Source: Paraspadella gotoi | Lineage: Eukaryota; Animalia; Chaetognatha | Length of the DNA: 64,000 nt | NCBI GenBank assembly: GCA_051294375.1 | Contig: CM119263.1 | Coordinates: 9,540,432-9,604,431, forward strand | Direction: 5' to 3' | In this document: piece after piece, positions 1-64,000 of the stretch | Position numbering within the stretch: the first letter of the stretch is position 1 | Layout of the letters: every line of letters begins with the position of its first letter | The notes under the pieces: generated by a model | Seen by the model: the letters and a program-made list of their open reading frames with translations, nothing else | Told to the model about the DNA's origin: nothing | Database searches by the model: none | Translations under genes and position numbers: made by a program

Positions 1-705
1 TGAATAGTTAAAAAAATTGAAAGATGTTGCAGCTCAAACCGTTTTGCGACTACTCTGAAAGAAAAAAAATATCTTGGGCAAGAAAGCGAAGGTGGGGGAG
101 ATTCTATGATTAAGCCGTTTTTTTGGAAAAAAAAAAATGTTTTTCGTTTCAAAGATCATCAAGAAATTATCCCAAAAAAATTTGATGAAAATAATCAAAA
201 TTGCTAATGAAGGGAAAGCAAATTTTTTTGAAAATATCTTTTTCATAGAATTGGGAGTTTCGTGACCTAAAAGTAATTTCTTGGCCAAATTTCAATGGAG
301 AAACCGCCTTACCGTTTTGGGCTTGCAACTCTCTCAAATAGGTTCTTTTATTTTTTATATAGTACAAAAAAAAATCCGAAAAAACGATGACGCCTTTGAA
401 AAAATAGTAAAGTGAATACATTTTCGGAATCGTCAGGAGCTCTCCTTTCGAAATCCGAGCTCGGTTTTAGCCAATTATATTTGAATCGATCGTGAATCCC
501 GGACCTTAATAGTTAATGATAGAATTGACAGCTGTTGCTTGAATTGTCTACATCTCTCCTTGCGTTTTTTTTTTATTTTTTTTTTTATTTATCTTTTTTT
601 TTTTGTCTTGACTAAAAGCGTCAAGGCCGTAGTATTCCGTTAAATTAATTAATTAATTCATTTCTCACTCGTTATCTTCTTCAATCTCTCTCTCTCTCTT
701 TCTCT

Positions 706-745
<40 letters not shown>

Positions 746-1026
746 TTTCACGGTCTTTCTCACCCGTGATCTCCAACGATTTCCAGCAAAAGTTTTGAAC
801 GATGGAATTTCCGAAAAACCGTCATTGTTCCCTCCCATACAAATGTTTCGGGTTGCAGACCTCACGAAAATTGTTTTTTACATTATATTAAATGTTATAA
901 TTATTTTTTCATTAAAAATATTTTTTTATCAAAAATACTAATAGTAATAGAAATATAAATTTGCATTTTGCATTTAAAAGATAAAAAGTCCAGAAAATCA
1001 TTTTTTCCCAGCAAGGCATGCATACT

Positions 1027-1683
1027 AAGGCGTAGTAAAATTTCTAAATTAACTTTAATTTAAAATTCTAAAAGTTGAGGGGAACGAACAACATTATACT
1101 AATGACATTTAATGTAATAAAAAAAATTTTAATAATAAATTTACAATTTAAGCAGGTAGGCCATATTTTATAACTAGCTACTAAAACCAATAAATTGTTA
1201 AAATTTCCAAAACTGTTTTTTTTCTAAAGATTTTTTTGAATTTTTGGTCATTCGTTCATAAAAAGTTGATTAAAAAGAAAATATAACTACTTTTTTGAAA
1301 AGTTCACTTCATTAAGTGGGCCGTCAAAAATTAGAAAAAGATATTTTTAAAGCTGGAAAACAACTTTTATATATTAAAATATAGTTTTTTTAATTTTTTA
1401 ACCACTTTAATTGAAAGAATTTTTTAAAATGAAATTTATATTTTTCCTTTTATCAACTTTTGACGAGGAATCAAATCTTGCCAATTAAAAATTTAAGAAA
1501 AAGCCTATTTTTGAAAATTTTCGATTTTATAAGGATAGGTACTATATATAAATATAAGCCCACTGCGGAAAATTAAAAAACATTAAAATCTAAAATGAAA
1601 TTTTTACAAATTTAATGTTCACTGATGGTTATGTTGTTCAAATGACTTTGTTAGAATTTTTGTATGTCACTTCACTACGCCTT
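1027..1683. mobile_element. Degenerate fold-back MITE with TTAA-type ends (Kolobok/piggyBac-like)
   Basis: AAGGCGTAGT...ACTACGCCTT(TAA) termini plus ~200 bp of degenerate inverted similarity. Confidence 0.55.
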
Positions 1684-3213
1684 TAATGCATTACATACCC
1701 GCGCCGAGCTGTCTGACGAAGCGAGAATTCATTACTTTTAGGAAAGTAATTGTCCCTCAAATGCTCAAATATGATCAACGTTCTTTTTTTTTGCCTGAAA
1801 CTAAGCGATTCAGAAACAAACTTACACAGCCGATTAAAAAAAAAAAATAAATTTAAAATTGACGTTTTACGCGCCTCAGAAAACAAACACGTTAAAGGTC
1901 TTCTGTCCGCAGATGTAAAAAAAAAAAATGGGGACAAAAATTAAAAACTCGAAAATTATTTTTAAATTAAGTATTTAATTGTCATCACCGTTCAATGAAA
2001 ATGATATGCTCGAGGAACGGCCGGCCATTAGCCAAGCTTAGTCGTTATCCGCCTTCGACAGATAAGGAGATCTCCACTTTTTTCCTACCCTCTATTTCGT
2101 AGCGCCGGCCACAAGGTTTATTCACCTTCTTTCCCAGGCATCGTTGGACGCGAAGCATTTTCTACGCTATTTTCCCTTAGCCACTCTTCAACATCACTCT
2201 TTACAGGATGTCAGGATAACGACGTGTTGACTTTGTATTCACCTAAATCATTATACCCTGGCTGCTCTACCCGATGCTTCTTTTATGCACTTTACCAGGA
2301 CAGACAGATAGATTGCACTCTTTAGCTCTCCAGTCCCCCAGATATGTTTTATTTTATTTTATTTTTATATTTAGTAAATGTTTAAAAAAGGTCGCACCTT
2401 TAACAGCCAAAAGAAGGTGACTCTGCGATGCGACAAGAAACGACGACGACGACGACGCTGACGATGAGCGCAAAGGATTTTGCTAACAAAGCAACCTTTA
2501 AACGAAAATTAACTTGAATTGTTTTTATAAAATTTGTAAATTTCTATTAATGGGTTTTAAAGTTAGCGCAGGATGCGATTTTTTAAAGCTTTTTAAGCAG
2601 GAGGATTTAATCAATGGCTCGTTGAGTTTTTAAAATGTTCGCTTTTCATTGCAAGCAAATTACGTCAATTTCACGTAAGTTATTACTGCTTCACTATTGT
2701 ACTGTCATGGTAATTATCTTAGGTACTACAGTTTACAAATCGAAATGTAACATGAAATAACATATGCGCATTAATAGCTTGTTTTTTATTTCTTTTTTTT
2801 TTTAAACAGCGGTTGGTTTAAAAGTCAGCTCGTTTTGTCACGTATATTCGGAGCGGTTTTGTTCCCTTTTGTCGCGTGAGAATAACAAAACGGGTTTTAC
2901 GTCTCTTCGCCCGGAACGCTTTTAACTTTATAAAAGTGATGGCCTTAAGGTGCAAAGACTTGGTTGCGAATGTGAAATAACATCGGTTCTTGGCTTTAAA
3001 TTTCCGGTTTTAAAAAGTATTGCATTAGTTGGCTTCATATCATCATCATCATCATAATAGAATAAAAATAATCGTCATCGTCTTCATCTTAACCACAATC
3101 GTCTATTCGTCACCGTATCATTATGATCATTCATAATTATTCGTCATGATAATCATCATCATCATCGGCATCAATACAACCACTTTACCAACAACATTGA
3201 CAATGCGCTTCAC

Positions 3214-3420
3214 GAGACTATGGAGGCGACGCTGGAGTAGAAGGGCCTCGTGATGCAGAGAAAGCGATCGAGGGAGACGGCGACGAGAGCAATTGGAGGC
3301 GGCGAGGAGGCCGTTGATGACATCATCTGCCAGCAGGCAGGTGCTGCCTGCGAACGAGTTGCCGCTGCACCGTCACGAGGAAGCGGCTAAGCACATCCAG
3401 TTGTAGAGCCTCCCAAACGC
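3214..3420 (-). CDS. Class A (rhodopsin-family) GPCR fragment, TM3/DRF region, with frameshifts. Possible first coding exon at ~3742-3775, next to a gap
   Basis: The minus strand reads ...ALVAVSLDRFLCITRPFYS, preceded in a shifted frame by TCLL. It is flanked by an acceptor (ttaccag) and a possible donor (gtgaag). Other TM segments were not found. Confidence 0.55.
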
Positions 3421-4566
3421 CTGGTAAGGAGAAGGAGGAAGGATGAAGGGCGAGTGGGATCGGAGTTAGATTGTTCAGATAGTCCCTGTGTGGAAGGCAT
3501 GCCTCTTCTTTTCTTTCCCTCTCCTTTTTCTTATCTTCTACATAAAAAATAGACCCTCGGAAACCCGTAAAACGGTGTTTCTCGTCACGAAAGAAACAAT
3601 ATCGAATCATTTACAAGTTTTAAATACTCCCAATCTCACATAGGAGCAGGGAAAATGGCTAAACTGTTCCGAAAGAGGTTGAAACATCTTTCACAGATTT
3701 AACTAATCTCTCTCTTNNNNNNNNNNNNNNNNNNNNNNNNNCGTCGGAGGCGGTCGCCGTTTTTAACTCCGACATGGTCGTGGCACTGAAAATGACGGAG
3801 ACAACGAGGTGGCCAACGGATTCCATGATTTGAACATGTCACTCGTTCAAGTTTCGTTGTTTGTACAATTTAGAGTAGGATTTCGTCTTTAAGCCATCGA
3901 TTGAAAAAAATAATTTGGTACGCAATATGCAATATTCCGCTAATGATTGTTTTCGTTTTTCAAAGTAAATCTTCTGAGTGACAGTTTTTCTTGCATCATG
4001 ATTTGCGCCTTATTTGACCAAAATGAGCCTCCTGCGTTCGTCTCCATTACGTTTCCTTAATTCGTACCAAACGTTACCAAGCCTTACCCCTTTTCATATC
4101 ATGTTAAATAGTGTAAAATTATTGAAATGTGATCGCATTGTCTGTAAAAAGCTTTTTTATGGACCCGAAATCGATCTCGAATTCATAATTGCCTCAAATC
4201 ATTGTTTTTTTCCGTTATTTTTCCCAGCAAAAATGTTTATTGAAAATTGTTGTCACAACTTTCTATATTTTAATCATTTCTTGCTCCACACAATGTCATG
4301 TTTCGTCATTTGATTCGTGAGTCGTGACATGAAAAATAAATGACCGTTAATAACCAATTAATTGTAAGAACAATGAAAAAACAAACCGAGACAGCAATAG
4401 CTTATCGAGGATTTTTTTCTTATCCTAATATAAATTAATTTTTAAATTTTTTTTTCCCAATTTTTTTTCCTATTTTTTTTTTTAAACGCATATTGTCTTA
4501 GTTCGTGTCGATTCTTTTTGACCGTTCATAGTCGATCGCGAATTGAAATTTGCTTTTCCCACCAAA

Positions 4567-5395
4567 ATGTCCAACATCGTGAAAGGCGGAAAGCCCATTG
4601 CCAGCTCACACCAAAACGCGTCGACGGTGGAAGCCAAAGCCTTCACGGGACTTCAAGGTTTAGTAAAAATGTAATGTATATAAATTAATCAATATCTAAT
4701 TACGACAAACTCATGAAAGGCAACTATTGGGCCAGCAAAGAACTTCGTGAGACACAAACGAAAGAGAAAACTATAGACGAGTGGATTGGCTACGAGTTTC
4801 CCTCGCCCCAAGTCGTTAAAAAGTAAAGCGATCTGGATAGAAAGGTTACGCGTTCGCTTCTCAAATTATCATTAGCTTTTTATGTAGTCTCAATTAAGCG
4901 AGCTGTTAGATAATTTGATTTGGGTGCAATTGAGGAGTGATAGCGAAAGGTTGAGAGCGTAACGTTACATTTCCTAATCCCTATCGTTTTCCCAGGTTCT
5001 CTTTCAAAGGAGATCCCGTGAAGGAGCTCAACGCTCCCACCTCCTACACCTTCGAAGGATCGAACGACGGGAAATCCTGGAAAGTTTTGTTCAACGTGGA
5101 GAAGGGAACGGATAAGGGAAAAGAGTTCAAGACAGCGACCGAGGTTCTTCCGGATTTTTAAAGTGGTTCGACCGAGTCACTCGGAATTACGCAGAGTACC
5201 TTATTCGTCTCACAACCACGCCGCCACCGGGGATTCCCGGTCCCTCACTCGTCCCTTCAGGTCCGAACTCACGACGTCGAAAATACGGAGGAGTTCAAAT
5301 TCTACCGCCTTCACGTCACCAACAACGGGAACTCGAAACAGGGGCGTGGCGCCGGATACATCGCGGTCGCCGACTTTCAAATGTTCGCCGGTTGA
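4567..5395 (+). CDS. Stand-alone discoidin / F5/8 type C (CBM32-like) domain protein, 4 exons (4567-4657, 4720-4822, 4996-5143, 5261-5395), 158 aa
   Basis: In-phase GT-AG splicing gives MSNIVKGGKPIASS...EAKAFTG...YWAS...EWIGYEFPSPQVVKKFSF...APTSYTFEGSNDGKSWKVL...FKFYRLHVTNNG...YIAVADFQMF*, the motif order of F5/8C domains. This gene is absent from the ORF track. Confidence 0.85.
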
Positions 5396-6025
5396 GGAAA
5401 AATGAGCCGAAGGAAAAGAAGGGGACGCAGAGAAGGAAGATAATTATTTTTTTTTATAACGGGTCGTCGTTAAAAGAAACGGCTTCGTTCCTGGCGACGC
5501 GGACGAAAGCGTTCTTCTTCTCAAACATCGATGTGTAAACTAAAAAATTAACTTGGTGTTTTACTCGACACAGTATATTTTATTTCAAAGCGATATAAAA
5601 AGCATAAGATAGATTTAGCAGTTCCCTTCTTATACGCAAAAAAAGTCAGTTTGAGGTTGGCCCGAGGGATCTCAACTTTCCTTTTGATTGGTTTTAGGAG
5701 CGTTTGCTTTGTTTTTGCTTCCGCTTTGTTTTCGCTTTATTTCTTTCTTTTTTTTTCTTTTTTTTTATAATTTCGGTCTTTTTCCCATCGTAAACGTAAT
5801 TACAGATACCCAAGGATGAAACCGGATTGAAATGATTCTTTTCTTTGGGAGGGAAGCTTAAAGTTAATTAAATTGTTTTTTTTCTATGATATGGGGAAAA
5901 TAGATGAGAAATCAGGAAAAACAATAAATAAAGAAAAAAATAAGAATGGAAAGAAAACGTTTTAGGTAACTTTAATTTGAAACGAAAATCCCTAAAAATT
6001 ACGGTTCGTTAATTTATCTTAAATT

Positions 6026-6057
<32 letters not shown>

Positions 6058-6579
6058 AAAGAAAGAAAGAAAAGAAAGAAGAAAGAAGAAAGAAAAAGAA
6101 AGAAAGAAAAAGAAGATGAAGAAAAATGAATGAAATGAATGAATGAATGAATGAATGAATGAATGAATGAATGAAGGTTATAAGGAATAAATAAATGAAT
6201 GAAAATTATGAATAAATGAATGAATGATAAATGTAATAAATGAATGAATGAGTGAATTAATAAATTAATAAAACGAATAAATTAATGAATGAATGAATGA
6301 ATGAATGAATGAATGATATGAAGATAAGAATAAATGAATGAATAAATGAATAAATAAATAAATGAATAAAAGAATAAAAGAAAAAAGAAAAAAAGAAAGA
6401 AAAGGAAGGAAACGGAGGAANNNNNNNNNNNNNNNNNNNNNNNNNNNNNNNNNNNNNNNNNNNNNNNNNNNNNNNNNNNNNNNNNNNNNNNNNNNNNNNN
6501 NNNNNNNNNNNNNNNNNNNNNNNNNNNNNNNNNNNNNNNNNNNNNNNNNNNNNNNNNNNNNNNNNNNNNNNNNNNNNNN

Positions 6580-61191
<54,612 letters not shown>

Positions 61192-61602
61192 CTGACGAAA
61201 AAAAAAAAGAAATTGTTTGCTTCGATCATGCTGTCGCGGTCGCAGTAAGAAAGCAATCACTGACCTTTTTCCAAAATATATCGCCTCCTCCACTTCCTCC
61301 CTTTTCCTTTTTTTCCCTTTTTTTTTTCTTTTCCCCATTCTTCTCTCCCCCCCCTTTCCTCCTCTCACGCGCCTAAACCGCCCAAACCGCCCGATCGCCT
61401 CGAGGGTTTTTTTTTTCCTTCGTCCCTATGAATAATTCAAACGATCAGGTAAACAAACAAACAAACGTAGCGACCGGAGAAGGAAAAAAAAAGGGCAAGG
61501 CGTCCATAAATTCTCGGTTCTTTTTCTAGATTCTGCTCATCAAAATTCGTATCGCGCGTCGCCCGGTTTCGGGAGAGGCGTAGTCGTCTTCGTATTTCGT
61601 TT

Positions 61603-61634
<32 letters not shown>

Positions 61635-62135
61635 GTTTGGGTTAGACGTTCTTAGCCCGGTCACACCTCGATCAACTTTTCAATTTCGATGACAGCGAGA
61701 AGTGAGAAAAAACTGACGAACGTCAAATTTCCAATAAGAATTAGCAAGATTTGTCAAATGAACTCCGACTGTTTGATGTTAAGACATCAATTGCAAAAGT
61801 TTCTTTGGTTTTTTAATCATTCTTAATATAGTTTTCGTGGAGAAATGTTTCCGCTGTCACTAAAACCTCAACGAAAAAAATTTTAACTAACAGATAAAGC
61901 GTGCTGAACTCTAATTTTGTATAAAAACGAAAACAATGACAACAACAATATACGTTCTACAACAGCATATCGAAAAAGACATTTGTCTAGAATTTCCCTT
62001 TTGTCCCTGAAAATATAGCGAAAACAAAATTGTGAGAGAAAAAGAATCGTCTGCTCGGATTGAATTTGCAGAAACGCCCACAGACTTATTTCGCACATAA
62101 AGCATACGTTCACCTTAGGCTTAAACAATAGACAT

Positions 62136-62738
62136 TAGAGTGGAGCACTCAAGAACCAAAAAAACTTTATGTTGAATAGATTGGTTAATAGGTATGGGAT
62201 AGTATGATAACTAGTATAAAAAATATTTTGTTTATAGTGTGTCTCGGAATTAGAATAAAAAATATAATAGATTTGTAGTAATATTCTTATAAAATAGTAA
62301 ATTATAATTTTTTTTTTTAAATTTTAATAAAGATCAGATTTTTGTAATAAATTAATCAAAAATATGAAATGTGTTATTCAAAAATTCTGGCATCTTCAGC
62401 GTTTATAATGGGAAAAAAGGTAAAAATTCATATCGTTTTTATTCTCTGTTGTAGAAAACTTATAATGTTTAAAATGTTTTAGTCATTTTTGTGTGATCCA
62501 AAATATTAAAATATCATATAACATATTTTATAAAAGTTTCTTAATTTTTATGGTGAATCCAAATCTGTTCTTAAACATAAATAAAAATTATTTAGAAATT
62601 TAACGATTTTTAAATATTAATTATACTATACTGGTATGCCTAAAAAAATTTTTAAAAGATTTAAAATTTATTAATTAATAAGTCATAGGCAGCCAAAAAC
62701 ATAGGTTAATCACTCAATCTTTTCATCACTCCACCCTA
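62136..62738. mobile_element. 603-bp hAT-type MITE
   Basis: TIRs TAGAGTGGAG / CTCCACCCTA and a perfect 8-bp TSD ATAGACAT on both sides. Confidence 0.85.
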
Positions 62739-63504
62739 ATAGACATTACATAAATTTAAGTACGAAAGTTCATGGTACATTTCATACGCTCATTATGAGA
62801 ATACAGAACGTGCTTTAGAAAACTATTTCAAGATTTTCAGTTCATGAGAGCACATACTTTTTTGATTTACTATATTGTAACTTATATGTAACTCGAGAAT
62901 TTACTCTACGCACGAACTCAATTCGCGAGCACGTAACATTTCGCTTTGAACGTCAATCAACTTCACCGTTTTTTGTTTTTTTTTTAGATTCTTTTGCTTC
63001 CAAAGCGAAAAAACTAATTCACTTTATTCTATTGAGCTCTCTCTCTCCCCCTCTCTCTCTCTATCTCCCTCTCTCTCTCTCTCTGACAAAGATGTTAAGC
63101 CCCGCTTTTCTTTCTCAGTATCTGTTTTGTCTGGGTCAAACTCGTCTGGCCGTGAGAGTATGAAGCCATTGGATCATTCAATCTTTGAATCGAATCATGT
63201 ACTAGCGTCTGCCCGTTTGTAACTGAGTTTCTACGGGTTTTTTGATAATAAAACATTACAATTCGAAAACTCTTGTCGTACATTTTGAACGGGAGACGCA
63301 TCGAACGTGCGACCCGAAAGCATAAAGTCAGAAAGAACTTTAGACTCTCTCTCTCTCTTTCTCAAGCTGTCTCTAAGTCTTACATATTCTCTCTCACAAT
63401 TTTCCCGAACGGCGTTTTTTATTACAAAGGTTTTTCGCTTTTTGAGCAAAAAATTCAACTTTCCCTTTCTTCTCTTACTTTGTCTTAATCGACAATTTTT
63501 TTAA

Positions 63505-63549
<45 letters not shown>

Positions 63550-64000
63550 GAGGTCGTTTCCCAAAGTCCTCTCCCACAAACGACCACCCGGTCGCTCGCT
63601 TCAAGGATCCGATCTACAAACTTCCCCAGCGACGCTTCCTCCTTCACCTCCTCCTCCTCCTCCTCCTTTATCTTCAACCCATTCCTCTTCCTCACCCCGA
63701 TTTCCCCTGCTCCTCACCCCAACGATAAAACTCCCTGCAATACGAACTCATCCTTAACAACCAAACAATCTGCTTTAATTATCGCTTCTCGCCCTCAACA
63801 TTGTTCTCCCATTCTCCGCAGTTTTCCCTCGTTTCCCAATCGTTGCCACAAACGTCCCACCCAGCTCGAAGCCATTACATCCATCTTTGACCACCCACGC
63901 TGGCAGCCCCCTCTCATCAACCGCAGCTGCCGGCCTTCTCGAGTCCTGACCAACCCCCCCTCCCGAATACGACCTAATCGAACCACTTGCTGCACCACCT

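Noticed and set aside
1-510. Possible right end of a TTAA-type DNA element (…CCGGACC|TTAA); a similar weak pair at ~9473/10330
   Set aside because: The partner terminus is outside the window or too degenerate to call.
63095-63695. Possible further dynein exon or another nested gene (RLNDPMASY; EASLGKFVDRILEASDRV)
   Set aside because: It lacks the expected GKILWARQL context and no family is recognisable, so it cannot be supported.

Overview
Eukaryotic, AT- and microsatellite-rich draft assembly with N-gaps and some indel-noisy stretches, probably from an invertebrate animal. There are no prokaryotic features, RNA genes or CRISPR arrays. The backbone is a minus-strand axonemal outer-arm dynein heavy chain (DNAH5/DNAH8 type). 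About 45 exons can be traced by hand from 61191 down to 6580, covering tail, linker, AAA1 and part of AAA2; neither end of the gene is visible here. Its introns hold complete genes: a same-strand 5-exon chondroitin sulfate GalNAc-transferase (48285-52587), an antisense 2-exon acidic repeat protein (41549-43427) and an antisense ABRA/STARS-like Costars-domain gene (ending at 29516). A 4-exon bacterial-looking discoidin (F5/8C) gene (4567-5395) and a class A GPCR fragment (~3214-3420) lie beyond the last traced exon and are probably nested too. The region 8.3-29.3 kb is a fold-back/inverted duplication. It splits one dynein exon across both strands, and a 4.1-kb hAT-type insertion is present in only one arm; this could be a real rearrangement or a haplotype/chimera artefact. 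Three dynein introns begin with degenerate tandem copies of the preceding exon end plus splice donor. Several MITEs with TIRs/TSDs are visible. Protein-family assignments come from my recall of family sequences, not from database searches.
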